A stretch of 63,112 bases of DNA, the filler included. It is 5 parts of 5 records of this genome, joined end to end, with 100 filler letters (N's around TTAATTAATTAA, not from the genome) between each part and the next. Parts side by side here need not be neighbours in the genome. Positions count along the whole stretch, not along the records: positions 25,166 to 41,330 come from DRR723986_5283; 4 more parts are not named here. One strand, written 5' to 3'. Of the stretch, positions 29,304 to 38,480 are shown one piece after another. The notes beneath the pieces were generated by a model. It was not told where the DNA came from. It saw only the letters and a program-made list of their open reading frames with translations, and ran no database searches. Position numbers and translations under genes: made by a program. The first letter of the stretch is position 1. Each line of letters begins with the position of its first letter.

Positions 29304-30773
29304 ATGCGCCCTCTCCACTTGGCAGTAGCATTATCAATCGCAATGCTCGGTGGGTGCGCCACCGTCAGCGAAGTCCCAACGTCTTCCAGTGGTGTCGATG
29401 AAGCCATCGTCAAACTGGGCAAACCGTCATCCGATACCGACCTGCTTCATTTCATGGAAAAAGGCGAGCTACTTCGCCGGAAAGGAAACGAGGAGGAGGC
29501 TCGCGAAACGCTCTTGAAGGCCGACGCAGTCGTGCGCTTGTGGGAGGACCATGCCCGTAACCCGGTTGGTCGCGTCGCCGAGACTGCAGGTAGCTTGTTT
29601 TTGAATGATCAGGTCCGCACCTATGAGGGCCGCGATTATGAAAAGGTGCTTCTGAGCAATCGTCTTACGGCAAGCCACCTTGCCATGGGCGAATGGGACA
29701 AGGCTCGCACCGAAGTGAAGAAGATGCACGAGCGCGAGGCCATCATTGCAGAATTCCGCGCGAAAGATCTTGAAAAAGCAAAAGCCGAGGCAGCCGAGAA
29801 AGGGGTGAAGGCGACAAGCTTTCGCGAGATTGACGGATATCCCGTTGAAACCCTGGATCATCCCGAAGTAAACGCGCTTAAAAATTCTTATGAATCCGCT
29901 TACTCCAACTACATTGCAGGCTTTGTTTACGAGGCTTTGGGTGAGGGTGGTCTCGCGGCTGCGGGTTACAGAAAGGCCATTGAAATGCGTCCCGGCGAGC
30001 CTCTTCTCGCCGCTGCTTTGGATGGGCTTGACGCGCGCATTAGCCGGGGTGGGGTCAAGGCCGGGATGGTCGATACACTGTTCATGGTAGAGGCGGGCAC
30101 TGCACCACAACTGCAATCGGTGCAACTCCCGTTGCTGTTGCCGATTCCCTCCAGCACCACTGGTATCAATATCATTGCCACCCCGATCTCTTGGCCTACC
30201 GTGGGCCCGGTTCAACCAACTGAATCTCCAAGGTTTGTGAACGTTAACGACACTCAAAACATCAACTTGGCGCTATTGACCAACCTGGACATCATGATTC
30301 GCAAATCCATTGCGGATGAAATGCCAGGCATCATTGCCCGTTCCTCAATTCGTGCCATCACGCGCGGTGCCGCGCAGCAGGCCATTGATGACAACTCAGG
30401 TCAGTTTGGTGCCTTTGGATCCATCATTAGTTTGGTGTCCAAAGGCGCCGCACTGGCGCTAGAGCAGGCGGATATTCGCAGTTGGCGCAACGTGCCTGGC
30501 GAGTATTCAGTAGGGCGGGCTGCACTGCCAGTTGGCAAGCACAAAATTTCCATCACCGATTCCGTTGGCAATCTACACACGCAGGAAGTGGATCTAAAAG
30601 GCCGCTACGCAGTGGTACTTCTCAACGTGAACCGAAACGAAATTCGGCTGGCCAGCAATGGTTATGGTGACAACGCAAGCATTGCCGAAGTGAAGCCCCA
30701 GCCTGTTATCGCTCCTGAGCCATTGAAAGGCAAGAAATCCAAAAAAGTAGCCAAGAAAAGCGCACAAAAATAA
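29304..30773 (+). CDS. COG3014 family TPR-like lipoprotein
   Basis: Lipobox LGGC; YEGRDYEKVLL, ARTEVKKMHERE, LKNSYESAYSNYIAGFVYEALGE, EQADIRSWRNVP. Confidence 0.85.
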   Translation: MRPLHLAVALSIAMLGGCATVSEVPTSSSGVDEAIVKLGKPSSDTDLLHFMEKGELLRRKGNEEEARETLLKADAVVRLWEDHARNPVGRVAETAGSLFLNDQVRTYEGRDYEKVLLSNRLTASHLAMGEWDKARTEVKKMHEREAIIAEFRAKDLEKAKAEAAEKGVKATSFREIDGYPVETLDHPEVNALKNSYESAYSNYIAGFVYEALGEGGLAAAGYRKAIEMRPGEPLLAAALDGLDARISRGGVKAGMVDTLFMVEAGTAPQLQSVQLPLLLPIPSSTTGINIIATPISWPTVGPVQPTESPRFVNVNDTQNINLALLTNLDIMIRKSIADEMPGIIARSSIRAITRGAAQQAIDDNSGQFGAFGSIISLVSKGAALALEQADIRSWRNVPGEYSVGRAALPVGKHKISITDSVGNLHTQEVDLKGRYAVVLLNVNRNEIRLASNGYGDNASIAEVKPQPVIAPEPLKGKKSKKVAKKSAQK

Positions 30774-30796
30774 ATTTAACTTACAGGTATATCGCC

Positions 30797-31180
30797 ATGA
30801 AAAAACTATTCGCAGTACTGCTCCTGTTGTGGAGCACTTTTGCAATTGCCCAGTCAGCAGCCTCGAAAGTGGAATTCGCTGGCGCGTCCGACGCCATTAA
30901 GGTCAACAAAATCCAAGTGAAACAAGGCGCGTTGATGCAGGTACAGGCCGAAATGTACAACGACCTTCGCACGCCAATGACTGTGTATTACCGCACCCGG
31001 TGGCTGGATGAAGGCGGCTTCCAGGTGTGGGAAGACGAAGCATGGAAACCCATGGTGTTTCAAGCCTTCACCACTCAGCGCATTCAAATGACCGCGCCCA
31101 CCCCCAAGGCTCGAGACTTCAAGATTCAACTGAGCACCGAGGACGCCACCCGCGCACCTCGTCAGACGCTGAACCAATAA
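30797..31180 (+). CDS. YcfL/DUF1425 family periplasmic protein
   Basis: VYYRTRWLDEGGFQV..WKP..APTPKARDFKIQL; position before LpoB-like gene. Confidence 0.8.
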   Translation: MKKLFAVLLLLWSTFAIAQSAASKVEFAGASDAIKVNKIQVKQGALMQVQAEMYNDLRTPMTVYYRTRWLDEGGFQVWEDEAWKPMVFQAFTTQRIQMTAPTPKARDFKIQLSTEDATRAPRQTLNQ

Positions 31181-31207
31181 TTAATCTGCACCCCACAAGG
31201 ATCCATT

Positions 31208-31822
31208 ATGCTGAACTCGAATATCTGTCGCCTGCGGGCACTTGCTTTGCCACTGGCACTGTCTCTTTTTGTAACTGGTTGTGCAGTAACCAACCCCGTG
31301 GTGGGTGACGGTTCGGTCAAGTATGGCGACTCAAAAGCGGTTGAAACCGTGACCAACGAGTTCGGCTCCACCGACTTGCAAACGATTGCTGAAACCATGT
31401 CGCGTTCCCTGACCCAGTTCGCAGCCACGGCTTACAAAGACCGTCCATTGGTTACTGTGGCCGAGGTTAAAAACAAAACCAGCGAATACATCGATACCCG
31501 CTCCATCACCGATTCGATCAAAACCCAAGTGATCAAAGGCGGCACGATGCGTTTTGTCACAGACATTAATCAAATGCAAAACCAGACCGACGAGCTGGCT
31601 CGCCAAAATCAGTCTGGTTTGTACAAAAAGTCGACCACTGCAAAAACCGGGCAAATGCAGGGCGCGAAGTACCGCGTAGAAGGCAGCATTACCTCGATCG
31701 TCAAGCGTAGTGGTGACATCAAGGACGTGTATTACAAATTCACCTTGCAAATGTTCGACATTGAATCGGGAATTACCGAGTGGATGGATGAGCGCGAAAT
31801 TCGCAAAACCTCCAGCAAATAA
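31208..31822 (+). CDS. lpoB: LpoB-like lipoprotein (penicillin-binding protein activator family)
   Basis: Lipobox VTGC; FGSTDLQ, VKNKTSEYIDT, YYKFTLQMFDIESG..W. Confidence 0.8.
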   Translation: MLNSNICRLRALALPLALSLFVTGCAVTNPVVGDGSVKYGDSKAVETVTNEFGSTDLQTIAETMSRSLTQFAATAYKDRPLVTVAEVKNKTSEYIDTRSITDSIKTQVIKGGTMRFVTDINQMQNQTDELARQNQSGLYKKSTTAKTGQMQGAKYRVEGSITSIVKRSGDIKDVYYKFTLQMFDIESGITEWMDEREIRKTSSK

Positions 31823-31836
31823 TCAGGGACGCCGCC

Positions 31837-32682
31837 ATGACCAACTCAATCATGCATATTGCTAAAAACGCCCGACTATTGTTGGTCATGATGTCTTGCC
31901 TGGCTGCGACTTCAGCCGCGGCAGAGGTCCGTATCGCGGTGACCGACCTCTCATATGAAAAAACAGTTGCACATTATTTTTCAGAGACCAACTACAGCTA
32001 CAAAGGCAACGCAAGTTTCAAAGATTCCAGCTCCTCCAATGAAACCGGTACCCGCGCAAGCGAGCGCTCGCAAACCAGCCTTAATTCATCTGTGGACATG
32101 AATTACAGCAACAAGCAGGGCTATCGCCTGTACATTCAACGAGGCGAGTTGCGGAAATTCACTGGCGATATCAAGGGTGGGCTGATTCAGAACGGTTATC
32201 GCGTAGTGCAGGGCAAACCATGGACGTCCACCAACACTGAAACTTTGTACGACATCATTGCCCGGATCAAAAAAGGCTTTTATCCCAACACCGACTACGT
32301 GTTGTTCGGCACTGTGACTGCGGTGGATTATCGCAACGACAACAACAAAATTCAGGGTAGCAACGCCACCAACTATTCCACCAACCTGGAGTTGGTCGCT
32401 GAATTCTCTCTGATTAACGTAAAAACCTACGAAGTGAAAGCGGGCTTCTCGGCAATTGGTGAGGGTTCGGAATCCAAGCTTCTTACTGGCGACGGTGTTA
32501 CCAACTTTTCGCCCAGCATTCCAAGAATCATGAAGCAGGTTTCTGAAAGCCTCGGGGCTGATGTTGCTGGCCAAGTGTATGCACAGTTCTCGGAGGGCGC
32601 ACGGCCCAACGTTGGGCGCAGCAATAACGTGAATATTCAGCAAAACATTTCAGTTGAAGAAAAAGTAATTACCTACCGCTAG
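31837..32682 (+). CDS. CsgG/LpoB-fold periplasmic protein
   Basis: Signal peptide; IAVTDLSYE, DYVLFGTV, LVAEFSLINVKTYEVKAGFSAIGEG. Confidence 0.65.
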   Translation: MTNSIMHIAKNARLLLVMMSCLAATSAAAEVRIAVTDLSYEKTVAHYFSETNYSYKGNASFKDSSSSNETGTRASERSQTSLNSSVDMNYSNKQGYRLYIQRGELRKFTGDIKGGLIQNGYRVVQGKPWTSTNTETLYDIIARIKKGFYPNTDYVLFGTVTAVDYRNDNNKIQGSNATNYSTNLELVAEFSLINVKTYEVKAGFSAIGEGSESKLLTGDGVTNFSPSIPRIMKQVSESLGADVAGQVYAQFSEGARPNVGRSNNVNIQQNISVEEKVITYR

Positions 32683-32690
32683 GAGGCTCT

Positions 32691-32720
32691 CAAAGCGGGA
32701 CGTCAATCCATCCCGCTTTG
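32691..32720 (+). terminator. hairpin/terminator after the lipoprotein operon
   Basis: caaagcggga-N10-tcccgctttg, perfect 10-bp stem. Confidence 0.65.
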
Positions 32721-32847
32721 TGGACCTCTGTCCAGCTCTGCCCAAGGGCAATAACCCCCATCCTGATTACCTACCCAGCCTAGTTTTTGCCTCTCGCTTC
32801 ACCCGGTGCTAGCGTGCTCGTTTGTTCAATACGCGCAGGCTTCAACC

Positions 32848-33330
32848 ATGTACCGCATTTTGTTTGCCCTGGTCTTGCTGCTGCCCCTTACTCCCGTTTC
32901 CTCGGAGGCCTTTGTGTTCAGAAAAATTGTGTACTGCTCGCCCATCGAGGGTTTTATTCATTGGCAGGGAAAGCCACTGGGTAATTTGAAAGTAACTCGC
33001 TTGTTGCGAAGTGGCGGGTTCCAGAATGGTGAATATCAAGACCACGTTCAAACAGATTCAGAGGGTCGCTTTCAATTTCAAATGGTCGCTGAGCGTCGAT
33101 TCTTAAGGCCTGACTTGTTGTCTGCCAATCCCCATGTCTCGCAAGTTCTTGAGGTTTATTTTGACGGTCAGCCTCACACCTTTTGGGCGTTTCAAAAGCA
33201 AAACTTTGAACTCGGGACTGAGGCGAAGGGTGGGGTTCTGAATATCGAGTGCGATCTGTCCAAGTACGAACAAAACTCTTACGGAAGAATCGTGCGCTGC
33301 AAACACAATGGAGTACAACAATATGAATGA
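32848..33330 (+). CDS. DUF6795-like secreted protein (transthyretin-like), candidate immunity partner
   Basis: Signal peptide MYRILFALV..SEA; CSPIEG..GKPL..KVTR, TDSEGRFQF, C-terminal CDL; overlaps the lipase start. Confidence 0.65.
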   Translation: MYRILFALVLLLPLTPVSSEAFVFRKIVYCSPIEGFIHWQGKPLGNLKVTRLLRSGGFQNGEYQDHVQTDSEGRFQFQMVAERRFLRPDLLSANPHVSQVLEVYFDGQPHTFWAFQKQNFELGTEAKGGVLNIECDLSKYEQNSYGRIVRCKHNGVQQYE

Positions 33331-34510
33331 GCTTAATCCTGGTCAAATTTTTCAACTTTCCAAGAATGCATACACGACGAAGAATGGGGATTCTGTCTTA
33401 CTGAGGAGAGAGTTGGATATCGAGTTGCCTTTCGTAAATATTGATAGTTTGCGGATCATCACCGCCACCTCCGGCCTCATCACCCCTGTCTCCAGCGGCT
33501 TTGGCTTCATGGCCCAACTCAACGGTGGTCGCTCCCGTGAAATTGTTATCGCCACCCGTGGAACTACTAATTCACGTGCAGACTACGGAACCGATATCAA
33601 CGCAATCCCAACCCTCGGTCCCACAGGGCACGCCATTCACAAAGGCTTTGGCACCACCTTCAAAAGCTATGTGCAGCAGCTCAATGAATTCATCCGGCAA
33701 CAAAACCTGGGTTTCAAACCCACCGCAGTGCACTGCATGGGCCACAGCCTGGGCGGGGCATTGGCCAACCTCAACGCAGCAGCGTGCGCTGAACTGGGCC
33801 TGAATTCCTACCTGTACACGGTGGCCGCTCCTCGCGTGGGCATGGTGCCGCATGCCGAGCACCTGAGTAAGAAAATGAATGCCGAGCATGTGTACCGCGT
33901 AGCCAACGAAGCGGATATTGTCACCATGGTGCCTTGCTACCCCTTTGTGCATTCTCCCTATGTGCACGGCACCTACTTGCTCGAAGGCGGCATGCTGAAA
34001 ATCAACCCCATGCAACACATGCTGGCCAACGGCTACGGAAGCATGGTCAACGGCAGCTGGAAGCAAATGCAAAGCCTTACACAAGGCAAACAACAGCAGC
34101 TGGAAAACTCCCTGTACCCCGCCAACAACAAGGAAGCAGGGCAGTTTGAACAACTCGCCAAAATGCCCGGTGCCATGTTCAGTGGGCGCTTGCTCAAGCT
34201 CATCAACAAAGCCATTCACGACATGCTTGCCCGCCTGGGCGCACAAAGCCTGCTCAGTGTGGGCCACTATCGCACGGGCGCATTCACGGTGCTCGATCAA
34301 ATGGCCGAAATACTCGCCCGTTACGCCCAAGTCAGCCACAAACAAGCCAAAGAGGTAGCCAGCATGCTCAACGCCATCATGGCTTACCTGGGGCGCGCAA
34401 CTCACACTGTGGCCGATGCCTCAGTGGCCACCATTCGCTGGGTGTTCAACCTGCTGCACCTGTCGGTCACCACCATGGCCAAACAGGCCATTCAGCTAGT
34501 GGGGCGGTAA
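33323..34510 (+). CDS. class 3 lipase family protein
   Basis: IVIATRGT, HKGF, GHSLGG nucleophile, APRVG, RVANEADIVTMVP, catalytic His in PMQHM. Confidence 0.9.
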   Translation: MNELNPGQIFQLSKNAYTTKNGDSVLLRRELDIELPFVNIDSLRIITATSGLITPVSSGFGFMAQLNGGRSREIVIATRGTTNSRADYGTDINAIPTLGPTGHAIHKGFGTTFKSYVQQLNEFIRQQNLGFKPTAVHCMGHSLGGALANLNAAACAELGLNSYLYTVAAPRVGMVPHAEHLSKKMNAEHVYRVANEADIVTMVPCYPFVHSPYVHGTYLLEGGMLKINPMQHMLANGYGSMVNGSWKQMQSLTQGKQQQLENSLYPANNKEAGQFEQLAKMPGAMFSGRLLKLINKAIHDMLARLGAQSLLSVGHYRTGAFTVLDQMAEILARYAQVSHKQAKEVASMLNAIMAYLGRATHTVADASVATIRWVFNLLHLSVTTMAKQAIQLVGR

Positions 34511-34534
34511 GTTTCGCAAGCTTATTGCTGTTTG

Positions 34535-34585
34535 TTTTCATTTGAAGAAATGAGGGTTAAAATATACGCATACAATAATGCGCAT
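34535..34585 (+). promoter_or_regulatory. ccdAB promoter and palindromic operator
   Basis: TTTTCA-17-TAAAAT (34558-63) followed by ATACGCAT-N6-ATGCGCAT. Confidence 0.55.
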
Positions 34586-34594
34586 GAGGTTTCG

Positions 34595-34858
34595 ATGGCC
34601 GTGATCAAACGCAAGCTTCCCTCCCGGCCCGGGACATCGGGCAAGCGGGCGGCAAACTTAACCTTAAGCGCGGATGTTTTGGAGTCTGCCAAATCCTTGG
34701 GGATCAATATTTCTCAGGTTTGCGACAACTACCTTCGAGAAGTGGTTCGCAAAGAACAAGAGCGCCGTTGGAAGCAAGATCATTCTGAATTTATTGCTGC
34801 ATACAACTCAATCGTTGAGGAAGAGGGCTTGCCATTGGACCAATGGAGAAGTTTCTAG
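34595..34858 (+). CDS. ccdA: CcdA family antitoxin
   Basis: KRAANLTL..AKSLGINIS..RRWKQDHSEFIAAYN..EEGLPLDQWRSF; GAGG RBS. Confidence 0.9.
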   Translation: MAVIKRKLPSRPGTSGKRAANLTLSADVLESAKSLGINISQVCDNYLREVVRKEQERRWKQDHSEFIAAYNSIVEEEGLPLDQWRSF

Positions 34859-35175
34859 TGGCGCGTTTTGATGTGTACTCCAACCCCGGTAACCACAAGC
34901 TGACCACTCCGTATTTATTGGACGTTCAGGCAGATTTATTCGATAGCCTGGACAGTCGAATGGTTATTCCTTTGCGCAGCATGGATAACTTCCCCAACGT
35001 CAAGTTGCCTACAAGGCTTACCCCTGTGCTCACCATCATGGGGAAAGAGTATTTGCTTGAAGTGCCCAAAATGGGCGCAGTACCCAAACGCGTACTGAAA
35101 ACACCTGTTGTGTCGTTGGTAGATGAACAGGTCAAGATCATTTCAGCTCTCGACTTTTTGTTTCAGGGTTATTAG
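34858..35175 (+). CDS. ccdB: CcdB family toxin
   Basis: GTG overlapping the ccdA stop; RFDVYSNP, PYLLDVQADL, RMVIPL, RLTPVL, IISALDFLFQGY. Confidence 0.9.
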   Translation: MARFDVYSNPGNHKLTTPYLLDVQADLFDSLDSRMVIPLRSMDNFPNVKLPTRLTPVLTIMGKEYLLEVPKMGAVPKRVLKTPVVSLVDEQVKIISALDFLFQGY

Positions 35176-35454
35176 AAAGCCAATGCGGTGGCGGTATTCA
35201 ATTAATTCCTGCCAACCAATTCTCCACTCGCCCGTTAGCATTTATGGCCACAAGTTGAATCCAAAAGGCTGTAACACGTGTAACAAAGGCAGGCGTATAC
35301 TCTCGACTAGGGTGCGTCGTCACAAACCTGCCATGAAGCAGGTGCAATAATTACGAAATATTACCTGTAGCAATTCGCCTTTAGGGCGCTTTTACTTATC
35401 CAATTAAATTGTGCTTGCCCGCCCGCAAGCACTGTTTCATGTGTGTGGAGCATC

Positions 35455-36567
35455 ATGCAAACAGCAGCGGCGCTAAGCCTGAACTGGCCCTCGGCCATGG
35501 TAGGGCTGTTATGTAGCTTTCTGGTGGCCTTGTTTATTGTCTTAACTAAAAAATGGCATGGCCGCCTTACACTCGATGCCCCCCAGGGCATTCAAAAGTT
35601 TCACACCATTCCAACGCCCCGCATCGGCGGCATCGCGCTGGCCGTGGGTTTAATTGCGGCCTGGTCTTTCCTGCCCGTGGGCAGCAACCGCCAACACCTG
35701 CTGGGCCTGCTGTTATTGGGTGCATTGCCGGCCTTTGCTTTTGGCCTGGCTGAAGACATTACCAAACGCATCAGCGTAAAAGCCCGCCTTCTGGCTACCA
35801 TTGCCAGCGGTTTAATCGCCGCATTGCTTACAGGTTACTGGGTTAGTTTTGTGAATGTACCGGGCATAGACCTGTTGCTGGCACTTGCCCCAATCGGCCT
35901 TATATTCACCGCCTTTGCAGTAGGTGGCATTGCCAACAGTGTGAATATTGTGGACGGGTTCAACGGCCTGGCTGGTGGCGTGGTGGTGCTTATGCTGCTT
36001 ACGCTTGCCACCATTGCCTGGCGGGTCGATGACTTTGTCATCATCCAACTGGCCCTGCTGGGTGTGTCGGTTACCTTGGGTTTTTTGTTCATCAATTACC
36101 CCAAGGGCCACTTGTTCTTGGGCGATGCTGGGGCCTACTTCCTTGGCTATTACGTGGCCATGCTGGCTGTTATGCTGGCCATGCGCAACCCCATCGACGT
36201 AAGCCCATGGGCCATGCTGCTGGTGTGTGGTTACCCGGTTATTGAAACGCTTTTTAGCGTGTACCGCCGCACCACCCGCAAACGCAGGCACAACCCTGGC
36301 ACTCCCGATGCCAGCCACCTGCACAGCCTTGTGTATCGCCGAGTGGTAAGCCGCAAGTTGTTGCCTTATGCGCCTGCCTGGCAGCGCAATGCCGCTACTT
36401 CGCCGCTCATGTGGATTTACGCCGCAGTGCCCATGCTGGGCGCCGTGTTCTGGCCAGAAAGCCTGAGTATGGTGTTGGTGTGGTTGGCTTTCAGCATTGT
36501 GGCCTATGTGCGGCTGTACCGCCGCATGCTGGTGCTGGGAATTTTCTTTCGCAGGCGTGTGGGGTAA
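35455..36567 (+). CDS. MraY/WecA-family polyprenyl-phosphate HexNAc-1-phosphate transferase
   Basis: PTPRIGG, GLAEDI, NSVNIVDGFNGL, FLGDAGAY, PDASHLH motifs; GGAG RBS before ATG 35455. Confidence 0.9.
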   Translation: MQTAAALSLNWPSAMVGLLCSFLVALFIVLTKKWHGRLTLDAPQGIQKFHTIPTPRIGGIALAVGLIAAWSFLPVGSNRQHLLGLLLLGALPAFAFGLAEDITKRISVKARLLATIASGLIAALLTGYWVSFVNVPGIDLLLALAPIGLIFTAFAVGGIANSVNIVDGFNGLAGGVVVLMLLTLATIAWRVDDFVIIQLALLGVSVTLGFLFINYPKGHLFLGDAGAYFLGYYVAMLAVMLAMRNPIDVSPWAMLLVCGYPVIETLFSVYRRTTRKRRHNPGTPDASHLHSLVYRRVVSRKLLPYAPAWQRNAATSPLMWIYAAVPMLGAVFWPESLSMVLVWLAFSIVAYVRLYRRMLVLGIFFRRRVG

Positions 36568-36576
36568 GTACTGGGG

Positions 36577-37317
36577 TTAGAAAAACTGCTTAATTTTGCT
36601 GAGGTTTTTAAACACCAAGGTGCCAAAACCGCCCACGCCGTTGTTGCGCAGGGCGATCATGTCTTCGCGGCTTTTCTGCATAATTTTTTTCAGCGACTTG
36701 TTGCTCTCACCACCCACCCGCATTTTCACCAACACACGCGGAATATATGCCAGTTGAATTTGCCCCTTGTGCAGGTAGCGCAGCATGGCGTCGTAATCGG
36801 CCGCAATGCGCAGGCTGGTGTCATAGCCGCCCCACTGCTCAATTACTTCGCGCTTTAAAAACAGGGTAGGGTGCGGAGGCATCCACCCGCGCTTTAGTTT
36901 GCCGGGGTGGTATTCACCCGATTCCCAGTGGCGAATCACTTTGTTGGTGTCGTCTTTCGACACGTACTGTAAATCGCCATACACACCCTGTACGCCGGGC
37001 TGGCTCAATGCCTGTGCCACATCGCGCAGCACATGCGGGTCAGCCAAAAAGTCGTCTGAATGTACCAGGCCAATTACTTCGCCAGTGGCCAGTTTCAAGC
37101 CTTTGTTCAGTGCATCGTAAATGCCACCATCACGCTCGCTGACAAACAAATCGTGCGCGCGCACGCGTTGCTGAATCAGTTCAATAGACCCATCGCTTGA
37201 AGCGCCATCTACCAACACGTGTTCCGTGTTGGCATAGCACTGCGATTGCACCGAATCGATCGAGCTGCTGAGTGTACCGGCGCGGTTGTATACCGCTGTG
37301 ATAATTGAAATTTTCAT
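36577..37317 (-). CDS. glycosyltransferase family 2 (WcaE-like)
   Basis: MKISIITAVYN, VDGASSDG, GIYDALNKG, HSDD, PPHPT, IAADYD. Confidence 0.92.
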   Translation of the reverse strand: MKISIITAVYNRAGTLSSSIDSVQSQCYANTEHVLVDGASSDGSIELIQQRVRAHDLFVSERDGGIYDALNKGLKLATGEVIGLVHSDDFLADPHVLRDVAQALSQPGVQGVYGDLQYVSKDDTNKVIRHWESGEYHPGKLKRGWMPPHPTLFLKREVIEQWGGYDTSLRIAADYDAMLRYLHKGQIQLAYIPRVLVKMRVGGESNKSLKKIMQKSREDMIALRNNGVGGFGTLVFKNLSKIKQFF

Positions 37318-37563
37318 GAACGCAAGTGTGTTCGCGAAGTGAATTTTGGTCAATAAATAAACGCTCTAATTCACCCCCGCAAATGCGGGGAGATGTAAGT
37401 AAAAATACGTTGTTTGTAGCTGATACTGGGTATGTGCAGTGCAGCAATTTCATAGACATGTAACGTTATGCCCTTTATGATTAGGTCTGTTCAAATTTGA
37501 ACGCAGTGGCACCTTTTAAGACTACTCATAAAAATCTCCCGCTTGTTGAACGGTGCACAACAC

Positions 37564-37575
37564 GGCGGTAGCGTG
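37564..37575 (+). promoter_or_regulatory. ops element (RfaH/NusG-paralog recruitment site)
   Basis: Exact GGCGGTAGCGTG, 23 nt upstream of the first gene of a polysaccharide operon. Confidence 0.85.
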
Positions 37576-37598
37576 CCAAAAATGCCCATTTTCCACAC

Positions 37599-38480
37599 AT
37601 GTCTAAACTTTTAATCACCGGGGCTACTGGTTTTTTGGGCAGCAGCCTTTGCCATCATTTGATTGCTAGCGGGCATCAATTAGCAGCGCTGGTGCGTCCC
37701 AATTCGAACTTAAAAAAGTTTCAAGGTTTGAATATCCAGCTTATCGAACTTGCTGAGTACCACGAGCTAGCTGCAAAAGTTTCACAATTGAATTTGGATG
37801 GCGTTATTCATACGGCTTGCAGTTACGGGCGCAAAGGCGAAAGTGTGCAGGAAGTTGTTGAGGCCAATTATCTGCTTGGCGTTGCTCTGCTTCAAGGCTG
37901 CCTAAGGGCTGGTAAGCCCGTAGTTTTTTTAAATACAGGCACTGTGTTGCAATCGTCGGTGGGTATCTATGCCATCACCAAAAACCAGTTTAGCGAATTG
38001 GGTATGCAGTTGTGTGCAGGCTCGCAAGCTCCAAATGTGCAGTTTATTGATATTGCGCTACAACATATGTTTGGGCCAGGGGACGACGCTTCAAAATTTA
38101 CAACCCATGTTATTCGCAGTTGTTTGGCCAACGTTAACGACTTGCCACTTACCGAAGGTACGCAGCGGCGAGATTTTATTTACATCGACGATGTAGTGCA
38201 TGGTTACTCAACCTTGCTTGATCAAGCAGGCAGTTTAAACAAGGCAGAAAGAGTGGAGTTGGGTTCTGGCTACGCACCAACCCTGCGCGAATTTGTTGAA
38301 ATGGTTCATCAGCTTAGCAACTCAAAAACAAAACTGGAATTCGGTGCAGTGCCTATGCGGGCTGGCGATACTCCAATTTGTGTGGCCAACACACAGCGTA
38401 TGCAGCAGCTAGGCTGGTCAGCAAGGTATTCGCTTCAACAAGGCATCACAAAAACAATTCAAATGGAAAACAAGGCATGA
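37599..38480 (+). CDS. prt: CDP-3,6-dideoxyhexose 4-reductase (CDP-paratose synthase-like SDR)
   Basis: [42 protein letters not shown]; directly before tyv. Confidence 0.7.
   Translation: MSKLLITGATGFLGSSLCHHLIASGHQLAALVRPNSNLKKFQGLNIQLIELAEYHELAAKVSQLNLDGVIHTACSYGRKGESVQEVVEANYLLGVALLQGCLRAGKPVVFLNTGTVLQSSVGIYAITKNQFSELGMQLCAGSQAPNVQFIDIALQHMFGPGDDASKFTTHVIRSCLANVNDLPLTEGTQRRDFIYIDDVVHGYSTLLDQAGSLNKAERVELGSGYAPTLREFVEMVHQLSNSKTKLEFGAVPMRAGDTPICVANTQRMQQLGWSARYSLQQGITKTIQMENKA

Noticed and set aside
34595-35175. Plasmid or prophage origin implied by ccdAB
   Set aside because: No rep, integrase, transposase or att repeats were seen; flanks are envelope and O-antigen genes.
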